The translations under genes were made by a program, and so were the position numbers. From Clostridia bacterium (GTDB taxonomy: Bacteria; Bacillota; Clostridia; Caldicoprobacterales; UBA3941): 33,816 nucleotides of DNA. Where the stretch lies: NCBI GenBank assembly GCA_035647175.1, contig DASRNX010000065.1, positions 1 to 33,816 of the forward strand, given 5' to 3'. Below, one piece after another: positions 17,007-26,541 of the stretch; the first letter of the stretch is position 1; each line of letters begins with the position of its first letter. The notes under the pieces are model-generated. The model did no database searches, was not told the DNA's origin, and worked only from the letters and a program-made list of their open reading frames with translations.

Positions 17007-19344
17007 CTCTATCCCCTTCCCTCCCTGATAGCGCATGTTCTAGGATCTCATCCATATTTTGAACCGCTACTATCTCTATTTCTTCCTTAATGTTATCCGG
17101 TATCTCCTCTAAGTCCTTGGTGTTCTCATCGGGAATTATAACTTTGGCAATCCCCGCCCTATGTGCTGCCAAGATTTTTTCTTTGAGCCCCCCTATGGGC
17201 AATACCCTGCCCCTTAGGGTAATCTCGCCTGTCATCGCTATGTCCCGCCTTACCGGCGTTTCCGTTAGGGCGGAAATAATGGCGGTGGCTATGGTAATAC
17301 CCGCCGACGGGCCGTCTTTGGGAATAGCTCCTTCGGGTATGTGGATATGGATGTCCGTATTATTATAAAAATCCGGATCTATATCAAAATCTTTGGCTTT
17401 GGATCTAATATAACTGAGACCTGCCCTGGCAGACTCCTTCATTACATCTCCCAATTGCCCCGTCAAAACCAGCTTTCCGGTCCCTACCATGGGAGTTACC
17501 TCTATATAGAGGGTATCCCCGCCCACAGCCGTCCATGCGAGCCCGGTAACCAAACCAACCTCGTCCTTCTGGTTTGCCTTATTAAAGCTAAAGCGTGGGA
17601 TCCCCAGATATTCATGAAGGTTTTTTGGCGTAATTCGAATTCGCTTTCTGCCGGCCTCCAATAGGAACCTTACCCCTTTTCTGCAGATGGCAGCTATCTG
17701 TCTTTCCAGGTCCCTTACCCCAGCTTCTCTGGTATAGTGATTGATAATGCTTCGGATGGTTTGTTCAGGAAATATGATGTTCCCTCTCTTTAATCCGTGC
17801 TCCTCCAGCTGCTTTGGTATTAGATATTTTAATGCAATATTTGTTTTCTCCTCCTCTGTGTACCCTGCGATGCGTATTACCTCCATCCTGTCCAACAGCG
17901 GGCGAGGTATCGTATCTAAGGTATTGGCGGTGGTTAAAAACATAACCTTTGACAGATCATAGGCCAGTTCCAGATAATGATCCCTAAAGGTAAAGTTTTG
18001 TTCCGGATCTAATACTTCCAGCATGGCAGACGCCGGATCTCCCCTAAAATCGCCGCTCATCTTATCTATCTCGTCCAATATAAAGACCGGATTTTTTGAT
18101 CCCGCCTGTTTAATGGAGGATATTATAGTGCCCGGTATAGAACCTACGTAGGTACGCCTATGTCCCCTGATTTCGGCTTCGTCCCGGACGCCGCCCAATG
18201 ACATGCGCACAAAGTTTCGGCCAAGAGCCCTGGCAATGGATTTTGCGATAGAGGTCTTCCCCACCCCCGGCGGCCCTACAAAACAGAGTATGGGGCCTTT
18301 CATATTCTGAGTAAGCTGCAGGACAGCCAAATACTCCATTACCCTCTCTTTTACCTTGTCCAGTCCATAATGATCCTGATCCAAAATGCGCGCCGCAGAC
18401 TTTAGGTTATGGTTATCCTTGGTCTCGTGATTCCATGGCAAATCCAATACCCAGTCCAAATAGGTACGGATAATGGAACTTTCCGGCGAGGTTAAAGGTG
18501 TCCTCGAAAAACGCTCCAATTCACTTACGGCCTTCTCATGGACCTCCTCAGGTAGTGAAGCCTTTTCTATCCTCTTGTTATAGTCCTCAACGTCAGAGGA
18601 TATACTGTCACTTTCCCCTAATTCTTTTTGGATAGCCTTCATCTGCTCCCTAAGATAGTATTCCCTTTGGACTTTATCGATCTGTTTTTTAACCCTGAGG
18701 TTGATCTTCTTTTCGATCCTCAGTATTTGAATCTCGTTTTCCAAAAATTTATGCAATATCTGAAGCCTTTCCATGGGCCTGAAGGCTTCAAGGATCTCCT
18801 GTTTATTACTGTTTTTCACTAACACATTGGCAGCTACTATATCGGCAAATTGGCCTATATCGTCTACTGTATTAACCGATACCAGAGTATCCGGGGATAT
18901 CTTATTGCTCAGCTTGATAAATTCTTCAAAGGCATCCATTACGGTTCTCATCAATGCCTCTTCTTCTAAGGGATCGCTATCCTCCTGGTCCGGTTGTTCC
19001 TCTATAAGTACCTCAAAGAACTTATCGTTGTCTAAAAACTCTACAATCCTGCCCCTGTTTATACCCTCAACCAATACTCTGATGGTATCTCCCGGCAGTT
19101 TAAGTAGCTGTTTTATCTTAGATACCGTCCCTACGGTAAATAGGCTATCCTTGTCAGGCTCTTCGACCTCTGGTTCCTTTTGAGTTACTAAAAATATATC
19201 CTGATTATTTACCATTGCATCTTCCAATGCTGAGATGGATTTTTGTCTGCCTACATCAAAATGTAGGACCATATATGGAAAAACCGTTAGACCCCGAAGG
19301 GGTAATAGGGGCATTTGTCTGGTTTTTATGTCTTTCTTTGACAT
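16987..19344 (-). CDS. lon: ATP-dependent protease Lon (LonA type)
   Basis: The 785-aa ORF has a LON N-domain, the AAA+ Walker A motif GPPGVGKTS and the protease motif DGPSAG with a downstream Lys. An AGGAG RBS is present. Confidence 0.95.
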   Translation of the reverse strand: MSKKDIKTRQMPLLPLRGLTVFPYMVLHFDVGRQKSISALEDAMVNNQDIFLVTQKEPEVEEPDKDSLFTVGTVSKIKQLLKLPGDTIRVLVEGINRGRIVEFLDNDKFFEVLIEEQPDQEDSDPLEEEALMRTVMDAFEEFIKLSNKISPDTLVSVNTVDDIGQFADIVAANVLVKNSNKQEILEAFRPMERLQILHKFLENEIQILRIEKKINLRVKKQIDKVQREYYLREQMKAIQKELGESDSISSDVEDYNKRIEKASLPEEVHEKAVSELERFSRTPLTSPESSIIRTYLDWVLDLPWNHETKDNHNLKSAARILDQDHYGLDKVKERVMEYLAVLQLTQNMKGPILCFVGPPGVGKTSIAKSIARALGRNFVRMSLGGVRDEAEIRGHRRTYVGSIPGTIISSIKQAGSKNPVFILDEIDKMSGDFRGDPASAMLEVLDPEQNFTFRDHYLELAYDLSKVMFLTTANTLDTIPRPLLDRMEVIRIAGYTEEEKTNIALKYLIPKQLEEHGLKRGNIIFPEQTIRSIINHYTREAGVRDLERQIAAICRKGVRFLLEAGRKRIRITPKNLHEYLGIPRFSFNKANQKDEVGLVTGLAWTAVGGDTLYIEVTPMVGTGKLVLTGQLGDVMKESARAGLSYIRSKAKDFDIDPDFYNNTDIHIHIPEGAIPKDGPSAGITIATAIISALTETPVRRDIAMTGEITLRGRVLPIGGLKEKILAAHRAGIAKVIIPDENTKDLEEIPDNIKEEIEIVAVQNMDEILEHALSGREGDRDGDSKG

Positions 19345-19360
19345 CTTTCATTGCTCCTTT

Positions 19361-19508
19361 CTATATGCTTCACGACAAACATTCTACATTAATATGCCGG
19401 TGTCGTAAAACATCATGCTCAATTCATATGTTGCGAAGAATATATTGTCCCCACACAAGATCAGATGATTTAACTGATCTTGTAATGAAAGGTCTTTTCG
19501 TAACATAT
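19361..19508 (-). repeat. Family B composite inverted-repeat element, copy B2 (ends 17 nt upstream of the lon start codon)
   Basis: Its reverse complement aligns along the full length of 13035-13181. The inner stem carries a compensatory change, acaaGatcag/ctgatCttgt versus acaaAatcag/ctgatTttgt in B1. Confidence 0.8.
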
Positions 19509-19708
19509 GGAGATAACAGTCTATATGGGATGAACCAAAACGCACTTAGCATGAATCCGGAAAACTATCGGGTATCATCAAATAAACATTGTGTAGTCAA
19601 AGTCCAAAAAGTTGAATTATCCATACCGTGGATCGGCATCGTATAATATATTTTTTGAAACTTCCTCGATGAGGCCATTATATACTCAACAATAAATCGG
19701 TGCAAGGC

Positions 19709-19737
19709 AAAAAAATGCCGGCAGTGTGCCCGGCATT
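19709..19737 (-). terminator. Rho-independent terminator of lonB
   Basis: The minus strand reads atgccgggcacactgccggcat followed by ttttttt. Confidence 0.8.
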
Positions 19738-19761
19738 TAAATATCAATTAGAAAAGCCAAG

Positions 19762-21450
19762 TTAAGTTGTATAATGCCTTCTTCCGGAGGCGCTGAGGAG
19801 ACCCGCATTCTGTATCATGGGTTCTAAATTTTGCTCCTCCCGCCCTTTGCACACCACCTGTTCTATGACCTCTTCTATTCTTCTAACCGGTATTATCTCT
19901 ATACCGTATGCCGAGTGCTGTTCATTCCAATTGTCCTTAGGGATGATTACCTTCTTGACACCGGCCCCTACCGCCGCATGCAGCTTTGCATTGATACCTC
20001 CCACCGGCTTAACCTCTCCCCGAATGGATATCTCACCAGTCATGGCCGAATTGTTGTCGATGGGAAGACCCGTTATGGCCGAATAAATAGCGATTACTAT
20101 GCTTATTCCCGCTGACGGCCCGTCAATGGGAATCCCCCCGGGAAAATTCAAATGTATGTCATAATCCCTTGGATCCACGTCCAGGAACTTCCTTATCACG
20201 GTCATTACGTTATCTACTGAACTCTTAGCAGTACTCTTACGCCTGCTTTTTTTGACTCCAGAACCGATTTCTTCCTCGTCGACAATTCCGGTGATGGTGA
20301 CAATACCGCCGCCTTTAATGCTTGGCAGGGCCGATGCCTCCACCTCGATTAAGGTCCCTAGGTTAGCGCCATATACCGCCAGACCGTTAACATATCCTAC
20401 TTGAGGAGAATCCAGCACCTTTTTTTCGGGTCGGGGCGAATAATGTCCGCTGTTTATCACCCATTCAACATCCTCCACCAGTATATGATTCCGGTTTTCT
20501 GTCAGGGCCAAGCCCACGGCTAATTGAATTATATTTACGGTATCGCGTCCGTTGGATGCATATTTACCTATTAGCTCCACACTGTCCTCACCCATATGGA
20601 ACCCGGCCTTATCAGCGGCATTTCGGGCTATTATCATATTCTCTTCCTGGGTTAAGCCCCTAAAATAGATTTCAAGGCACCTGGACCTGATGGCCGGGGA
20701 TATCTCCTCGGGATTTCTGGTCGTAGCTCCGACCAATCTAAAATCTGCGGGTAATCCCCTTTTAAAGATTTCATGTATGTGCCTTGGAATATTGCTGTCT
20801 TCCGAGTTATAATACGCGCTTTCTAAAAAAACTTTGCGGTCTTCCAATACCTTAAGGAGCTTATTCATTTGGATTGGATGTAATTCGCCTATTTCATCAA
20901 GAAATAGCACGCCGCCATGGGCTTTGGTGACAGCTCCGGGCTTTGGCTGCGGTATGCCGGCTACCCCCAACGGGCCGGCTCCCTGGTAGATCGGGTCATG
21001 CACCGAACCAATTAGCGGATCTGCGATGCTCCGCTCATCAAATCGGACGGAAGTGGCATCCATCTCTATAAATTTTGCATCCTTTCGAAACGGTGACATG
21101 GGATTCTTCTTTGCCTCGTCTAAGACGATGCGAGCGGCACATGTTTTGCCTACACCAGGCGGCCCGTATATCAATATATGCTGGGGATTAGGTCCGCACA
21201 GCGCCGCCTTTAAGGCTTTAATACCCTCTTCCTGTCCGACTATATCGTTAAAGACGTTGGGCCTTGTCTTTTCGGACAGGGGTTCACTGAGGGAGATCTC
21301 CCTGAGCCTTTGGAGTCTCTCCAGCTCTTTTCGCGATTCCCTTTCTACGGCCGACTTGTTTCCCTGTTGCCCCTTTAATAGATTAAGAAAATACAGACCT
21401 ATCACAACAGCAAAGAATAGGTTTATAACAGCCAATATATTTCCCAGCAA
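19762..21450 (-). CDS. lonB: Membrane-anchored Lon-like ATP-dependent protease LonB (sporulation type)
   Basis: It has an N-terminal TM helix, Walker A GPPGVGKT and the protease motif DGPSAGIS. At 562 aa, lying between clpX and lon, it matches B. subtilis. The start is a TTG with an AAGGAGG RBS 7 nt upstream. Confidence 0.9.
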   Translation of the reverse strand: MLGNILAVINLFFAVVIGLYFLNLLKGQQGNKSAVERESRKELERLQRLREISLSEPLSEKTRPNVFNDIVGQEEGIKALKAALCGPNPQHILIYGPPGVGKTCAARIVLDEAKKNPMSPFRKDAKFIEMDATSVRFDERSIADPLIGSVHDPIYQGAGPLGVAGIPQPKPGAVTKAHGGVLFLDEIGELHPIQMNKLLKVLEDRKVFLESAYYNSEDSNIPRHIHEIFKRGLPADFRLVGATTRNPEEISPAIRSRCLEIYFRGLTQEENMIIARNAADKAGFHMGEDSVELIGKYASNGRDTVNIIQLAVGLALTENRNHILVEDVEWVINSGHYSPRPEKKVLDSPQVGYVNGLAVYGANLGTLIEVEASALPSIKGGGIVTITGIVDEEEIGSGVKKSRRKSTAKSSVDNVMTVIRKFLDVDPRDYDIHLNFPGGIPIDGPSAGISIVIAIYSAITGLPIDNNSAMTGEISIRGEVKPVGGINAKLHAAVGAGVKKVIIPKDNWNEQHSAYGIEIIPVRRIEEVIEQVVCKGREEQNLEPMIQNAGLLSASGRRHYTT

Positions 21451-21584
21451 AACACTGCCTCCTTACAAAAGTATAACCTTTAGATCCGCCGAAAACATGC
21501 AAATTCTCGCTATGACAGCGGTGGCGACCCTGCCGCAATGGCTCTATTTTACCGCATAAAGAAAGCGTTTATACATGGAAGCCA

Positions 21585-21724
21585 TTTATAGCAGGCAAAG
21601 CAATTGCTACGGCAATTGCATCAGGCTGGTTTAAGCAGGGCGGGAATATATGCGCACCCCCTGTTGTACAAATCATAGCCCAATACTTATGGGAGTGAGA
21701 AACATATTACCGCCCCGTAATATT
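21585..21724 (-). repeat. Family A interspersed structured repeat, copy A2
   Basis: It has the same block order as A1. These are hairpin gcaattgc-tacg-gcaattgc (21600-21619), a GC-rich hairpin around 21636-21663, hairpin ccca-atactta-tggg, and the end motif attaccgccccgtaatatta. Confidence 0.75.
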
Positions 21725-21775
21725 ATGGTGTAAATAAGTGGTTTTTATCCCATAAGGCTGCCGGGAAGTATTCCC

Positions 21776-21803
21776 ATAAAAAAGGAGCCGTACTAGGCTC
21801 CCT
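21776..21803 (-). terminator. Rho-independent terminator of clpX
   Basis: The minus strand reads agggagcc-tagtac-ggctccttt followed by a T run. It begins directly after the TAA stop. Confidence 0.85.
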
Positions 21804-23090
21804 TTAAGATACTGATTCTCTCTTATCCTTTGTCTTTTTCATACCCTTTCGGCTTCTCTGGCCTTCGGATAGAATTAGTATAGGATCGCTATTGTTAATT
21901 ATGGTTTCCTTGGTAATTATGCATTTCTCGACATCATCCCTGGAGGGGATATCGAACATAACATTCAGCATAATCCTTTCAAGAATTGCTCTAAGACCCC
22001 TTGCGCCCGTCTTCCTCTCGACGGCTCTTTTTGCGATAAGCCTAAGTGCTTCATCCTCAAATTCCAGTGCGACCCCATCCATCTCCAACAGCTTCTGATA
22101 TTGTTTTACCAATGCGTTCTTGGGCTCCTTTAGGATTTGGACCAGCGCCCCCTCGTCCAGGGAATTCAGCGTAACAACCACGGGGATACGACCCACAAAC
22201 TCCGGTATCAATCCATATCGGAGCAGGTCTTCCGGCAAAATCTTTTCCAAAGTCTCGCCTACGTCGTAGTTTACGTTGCTACGTATCTCGGCCCCGAAGC
22301 CCATTGATTTTTTGCCTATCCTGTTTTGTATTATCTTGTCTATACCGTCAAAGGCTCCGCCACAAATAAAGAGAATATTGGTAGTATCAATCTGAATGAA
22401 TTCCTGATGAGGGTGCTTTCTCCCCCCCTGGGGAGGTACACTGGCAACAGTCCCTTCCAGAATCTTTAGAAGAGCCTGTTGGACCCCTTCCCCGGAAACG
22501 TCCCTTGTTATGGAGGGATTTTCAGATTTTCTGGCTACCTTATCAATCTCGTCTATATAGATAATGCCCTTTTCTGCCCTTTCAACATCGTAGTCAGCCG
22601 CTTGTATAAGCTTTAATAGGATATTCTCCACATCCTCACCGACATATCCTGCCTCTGTGAGGGATGTCGCATCGGCAACTGCAAAAGGTACATTTAAAAT
22701 TCTTGCCAAGGTCTGGGCTAGGAGAGTCTTGCCGGAGCCGGTGGGTCCAAGCATTACAATATTGCTCTTGTAGAGCTCAACATCATCCTTTGCCACGTCA
22801 CTGTTTATCCTCTTGTAGTGATTGTATACCGCCACCGACAAGGTCTTTTTAGCAGCTTCCTGGTCAATCACGTATTGATCAAGGATTTCCCTGATCTCTA
22901 TGGGTTTTGGGATGTCCCTGATATCCAGATCAGAGGCGTCATCGAATTCTTCCTCTATTATTTCTTGACACAGCTCAATACATTCATCGCATATATAGAC
23001 CCCGGGGCCGGCTACCAAACGTCTGACCTGATCTTGGGTCTTGCTGCAAAATGAACACTTGAGTTGCTTTTTGTCATCATATCTAGCCAT
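21804..23090 (-). CDS. clpX: ATP-dependent Clp protease ATP-binding subunit ClpX
   Basis: It has an N-terminal zinc ribbon (CSFCSK...CDEC), Walker A GPTGSGKT, Walker [10 protein letters not shown] and the IGF-loop region. Confidence 0.95.
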   Translation of the reverse strand: MARYDDKKQLKCSFCSKTQDQVRRLVAGPGVYICDECIELCQEIIEEEFDDASDLDIRDIPKPIEIREILDQYVIDQEAAKKTLSVAVYNHYKRINSDVAKDDVELYKSNIVMLGPTGSGKTLLAQTLARILNVPFAVADATSLTEAGYVGEDVENILLKLIQAADYDVERAEKGIIYIDEIDKVARKSENPSITRDVSGEGVQQALLKILEGTVASVPPQGGRKHPHQEFIQIDTTNILFICGGAFDGIDKIIQNRIGKKSMGFGAEIRSNVNYDVGETLEKILPEDLLRYGLIPEFVGRIPVVVTLNSLDEGALVQILKEPKNALVKQYQKLLEMDGVALEFEDEALRLIAKRAVERKTGARGLRAILERIMLNVMFDIPSRDDVEKCIITKETIINNSDPILILSEGQRSRKGMKKTKDKRESVS

Positions 23091-23336
23091 ACTTTCACCT
23101 CTTCTTTAACTATATGTTTCGCATTAAATATTGTGTCAGATTATTTCCTTATCGCGAACCATACCGTTCTTTAATAGAGTGTTCTGTATCAGTAATGTGT
23201 GTATGCGGACAACTTAAAGTCGCCCTTGCCAATCTATGCCAATCTATGGCCTTTCCTTACATTTCGGATGTTAAAAATCATCCCGTCTCCGCCATAATAT
23301 TATCATATCGGAGGATTAAAAGCTAACCTCATACAT

Positions 23337-23921
23337 TTATTTACGGGAGACAATTACATCGTCAATAATTCCATAGCTCTTAGCGTCCTCAGCTGACATG
23401 AAAAAGTCACGATCCGTATCCTTTTCAATCCTATCCAAGGGCTTGCCTGTTCTTTCGGCTAAGATTTCATTTATCTTTTTCTTTAGCTTCAGAATCTGTT
23501 CGGCCTGGATCGCAATATCAGAGGCTTGGCCCTGTGCGCCGCCTAGAGGCTGGTGGATCATGATCTCACTGTTAGGAAGCGCCAAACGTTTGCCCTTGGT
23601 TCCTGCAGCCAGTAAAAAAGCGCCCATGGATGCGGCCATCCCTACACAGATGGTAGACACATCGCATTTTAGGTACTGCATAGTATCAAATATCGCCATC
23701 CCGGCAGTGACTGATCCCCCCGGACTGTTGATATAGATGAGTACATCCTTATCCGGATCCTTTGCCTCTAAAAACAATAATTGGGCAACAACTAAATTGG
23801 CCGTCAAATCGCTTATAGGACCACCTAAAAATATTATTCGATCCTCAAGCAGCCTGGAATATATGTCATAAGACCTCTCACCACGACTGGTTTGTTCAAC
23901 AACAATAGGCACTAAATTCAT
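23337..23921 (-). CDS. clpP: ATP-dependent Clp protease proteolytic subunit ClpP
   Basis: The 194-aa ORF starts [22 protein letters not shown]. The catalytic Ser context is GMAASMG and the His context is MIHQP. Confidence 0.95.
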   Translation of the reverse strand: MNLVPIVVEQTSRGERSYDIYSRLLEDRIIFLGGPISDLTANLVVAQLLFLEAKDPDKDVLIYINSPGGSVTAGMAIFDTMQYLKCDVSTICVGMAASMGAFLLAAGTKGKRLALPNSEIMIHQPLGGAQGQASDIAIQAEQILKLKKKINEILAERTGKPLDRIEKDTDRDFFMSAEDAKSYGIIDDVIVSRK

Positions 23922-23969
23922 TTTGCCGTTCCCTCCTTATATATTTCGGCGGTTTAGGTATTGGTATTC

Positions 23970-25304
23970 CTAACCTTCCTGTGTCTGTTGCTCCTCGGGT
24001 TTTGCATCTTCTTCCGGGGCTTCAACAATTACCGCTTGCTCCATAAGAAAATCTATGGTTTTTTGTATGGATAGGCTGTGTCTCAGCCCATCTTCTTGGC
24101 CCTCGTACCTTTTCTTTACCTCATCGAGGTCCAATTTATATTCTTCGGCAATGGTGTTGTATTCCTTTTCCACATCCTCGTCAGTTGCCTCTATTGCCTC
24201 TTCCTTATTTATCTGTTCAAGAGCCAGCTGAAGCCTGACCCTGTGGTTCGCCTCGTCACTCATATCGGATCTAAAGTTATCCATAGACGAGCCTATCATG
24301 CCCAGATAGCTATTTAAATCCATGCCCTGATACCTCATCCTCGTATCCATTTCTCTGATGGATGTATCTATTTCCCTCTCAATCATGACCTCGGGTACAT
24401 CCGCTTCCATATTTTCAACTATCTTCCTAAGGAGGAGGTTTTCCATCTCGCTTTTCCCTCTGCGTGCCGCGTCCTCGTCCATGCGCTCTTTTAAATCTGC
24501 CCTATATTCTTCCACGGTATCAAACTCACTGATGTCCTTGATGAATTCATCATCTAATTCGGGCAACTCTTTTTCTTTTATTTCATGGACTTTAACCTCG
24601 AAAATAGCATCCTTGCCTTTTAAATCTTCGGAATGGTATTCCTCAGGGAAAGTGACCTTAACTTCACCTTCACTGCCGGCATCCATACCAACCAACTGCT
24701 CTTCAAATCCGGGTATAAATTGCCCCGAACCTATCTCTAGGGTTTGGTTTTCCGCAGTGCCCCCCTCAAAGGCTTCACCGTCAACATAGCCTTTATAATC
24801 AAGGGTTATACGATCGCCCTCTTCAACGGATCTGTCTTCAACGGTTATCCATCTTGCATTCTGTTCCCGGGACCTCTCAAGCTGATCGTCTATATCCTGG
24901 TCTGTAACATTATACTCAACCTTGTTAATTTCTATTCCCTTATACTGGCCCAGAACAACCTCAGGTTTTACCGCTACTTCTGCAGTAAATATAAGGTCCT
25001 GACCGTCGCCGATCTGCACAACATCAAAGTCCGGCTGATCCACTGGGAACAGCTCATGCTCCTCTACAGCCTCATCATATATAGTAGGTAAGGTTTCTGC
25101 TAAGGCGTCCTCATAGAATATTCCTTCGCCATAATAGCGTTCAATTATCTGGCGGGGTGCCTTTCCCTTCCTAAACCCGGGGATGGATATGCGTCCCCTA
25201 TTTTTTAAATATGACTTTTGCATTGCCTCATCAAACTGCTTTGCGTCTACCTCTATTTCCAGTTTCACCTTGCTATTTTCGAGTCTTTCTACATTCGCTT
25301 TCAC
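23970..25304 (-). CDS. tig: Trigger factor
   Basis: The start is set at the GTG at 25304 (the TTG at 25307 is possible), with AAGGAGG 8 nt upstream. This gives the typical N-terminus (M)KANVERLENSKVKLEIEV. The ribosome-binding motif GFRKGKAP and an FKBP domain are present. The longer track ORF runs into repeat A3. Confidence 0.9.
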   Translation of the reverse strand: MKANVERLENSKVKLEIEVDAKQFDEAMQKSYLKNRGRISIPGFRKGKAPRQIIERYYGEGIFYEDALAETLPTIYDEAVEEHELFPVDQPDFDVVQIGDGQDLIFTAEVAVKPEVVLGQYKGIEINKVEYNVTDQDIDDQLERSREQNARWITVEDRSVEEGDRITLDYKGYVDGEAFEGGTAENQTLEIGSGQFIPGFEEQLVGMDAGSEGEVKVTFPEEYHSEDLKGKDAIFEVKVHEIKEKELPELDDEFIKDISEFDTVEEYRADLKERMDEDAARRGKSEMENLLLRKIVENMEADVPEVMIEREIDTSIREMDTRMRYQGMDLNSYLGMIGSSMDNFRSDMSDEANHRVRLQLALEQINKEEAIEATDEDVEKEYNTIAEEYKLDLDEVKKRYEGQEDGLRHSLSIQKTIDFLMEQAVIVEAPEEDAKPEEQQTQEG

Positions 25305-25333
25305 CAAAAAGTCCTCCTTAGTTCGTATATACC

Positions 25334-25472
25334 TTAAGATATCGGGAGTAATTGTTCTAACAATTGTATATACAGATTTCAACGAGGTGGGGATTTTTAT
25401 CCGCCGCCTGTTTTAGCTAATCGGAATCCACCACTTGAAGAAACAGTAATTGTCTTTCCGTCCCGTTATAAT
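25334..25472 (-). repeat. Family A interspersed structured repeat, copy A3 (inside the predicted tig 5' leader)
   Basis: It has the same block order as A1 and A2. The hairpin is taattgt-tcta-acaattg (25349-25366). The segment tttcaacgaggtgggg...ccgccgcctgtttta..ctaatcgga and the end motif ccgtcccgttataat follow. Confidence 0.75.
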
Positions 25473-25479
25473 CTTTAAT

Positions 25480-25508
25480 ATTATAACACATCATTCATGG
25501 TTGTCCAA
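25480..25508 (-). promoter_or_regulatory. Sigma-A-type promoter with extended -10 reading toward tig
   Basis: The minus strand reads TTGGAC-17 nt-TATAAT, preceded by TGt. The -35 is at 25508-25503 and the -10 at 25485-25480. Confidence 0.55.
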
Positions 25509-25558
25509 CATTATTATAGTGTAATTTGCTAATCATCGCGTAATTTACTAATATTCCT

Positions 25559-25588
25559 TTGACAATGTCTGAGAGTCTCCATTATAAT
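25559..25588 (+). promoter_or_regulatory. Sigma-A-type promoter of fabI (TTGACA-18-TATAAT)
   Basis: Both hexamers match the consensus exactly, at 25559-25564 and 25583-25588. It lies back-to-back with the tig promoter. Confidence 0.6.
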
Positions 25589-25654
25589 TTATATAACCGC
25601 CCGGAGGATAAAATAACACAATCGATTCCTTGAGTGGGTAATATCCAATTTAAG

Positions 25655-26446
25655 ATGAAAGGAATGGCGCAATTGAATACTTTATTGAAGGATAAAACGA
25701 TCCTCATCATGGGGGTAGCTAACAAATGGAGCATTGCATGGGGTATCGCAGAGGCCTGCATCGATGCAGGGGCCAATATAATTTTTACATACCAGGGGGA
25801 GAGAAACCTATCCAGCCTTCAAAAGCTTACGGCAAATCTACCCAATGCTTCTTTATATAAGTGCGATGTGACGGTGGATCAAGATATTACAGACCTATTC
25901 CATGATATTGGCAACGATTTTGGGACTGTCCACGGTATAGTACATAGTATAGCTTTTGCAAAGAAGGAAGAGTTAGAGGGGGCTTACTACAACACCAGCC
26001 GGGAAGGATACCATCTGGCCCAGGACATTAGCGCCTACTCCCTGGTGGCTGTCAGCAGGCATGCCAGGCCTCTTATGCAGGATGGGGGCAGCATCCTTAC
26101 CTTAACCTATTTGGGAGGAGAGAGGGCCGTCCAAAATTATAATGTCATGGGAGTGGCCAAATCCGCCTTAGAATCGTCAGTCAGATACCTGGCGGCTGAT
26201 CTGGGCCCGGAAAATATTCGGGTTAATTCCATCTCAGCAGGCCCTATTAAGACCTTGGCAGCCCAAGGCGTCAAAGGGTTTGGGTCTATCTTAAAGGTCT
26301 ATGAGGAAAAGGTACCCCTTCGCAAAACCGTTACCCAAAGGGAAGTGGGGGATACAGCCGTCTTTTTGCTAAGCCAAATGTCTCGCGGCATAACGGGGGA
26401 AAATATCCACGTCGATGCGGGTTATCATGCCATGGGTCTTCTATAA
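25655..26446 (+). CDS. fabI: Enoyl-[acyl-carrier-protein] reductase (NADH), FabI
   Basis: Sequence resembles B. subtilis FabI as recalled (GVANKWSIAWGIA, the Y-x6-K region VMGVAKSALE, ISAGPIKT, GENIHVDAGYH). The start is ambiguous (GTG 25634, ATG 25655 or ATG 25664) because none has a well-spaced RBS. Confidence 0.9.
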   Translation: MKGMAQLNTLLKDKTILIMGVANKWSIAWGIAEACIDAGANIIFTYQGERNLSSLQKLTANLPNASLYKCDVTVDQDITDLFHDIGNDFGTVHGIVHSIAFAKKEELEGAYYNTSREGYHLAQDISAYSLVAVSRHARPLMQDGGSILTLTYLGGERAVQNYNVMGVAKSALESSVRYLAADLGPENIRVNSISAGPIKTLAAQGVKGFGSILKVYEEKVPLRKTVTQREVGDTAVFLLSQMSRGITGENIHVDAGYHAMGLL

Positions 26447-26517
26447 CTTGTGTGTTGCAATTGCTTCCGATGTTATAACGGGTCGGCAAGATGTCTCCCG
26501 CTTCTATAAGCGATGAG
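26447..26517 (+). repeat. Family A repeat, permuted junction copy A4 (right-end block fused to left-end block)
   Basis: The sequence cttgtgtgttgcaattgcttccgatgTTATAAcgggtcggcaagatgtctcccgcttctataagcgatgag corresponds to the two ends of A1 joined at TTATAA. The central GC hairpin block is absent. It starts at the base after the fabI stop codon. Confidence 0.7.
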
Positions 26518-26541
26518 TTCCTGTTATTTATTTAATGACAC

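Noticed and set aside
19597-19613. The sequence agtcaaagtccaaaaag (tttggac-tttgact on the lon strand) resembles a CtsR heptad repeat upstream of lon.
   Set aside because: The heptads are adjacent without the 3-nt spacer and the first heptad is degenerate. No CIRCE element (TTAGCACTC-N9-GAGTGCTAA) is present either.
21459-21500. GCATG...GGTTATACT just upstream of the lonB RBS was considered as a sigma-F-type forespore promoter, by analogy with B. subtilis lonB.
   Set aside because: The spacing (17 nt) and the -10 residues do not fit the GCATR-15-GGHRARHTX pattern as I recall it. It is left for a proper PWM scan.
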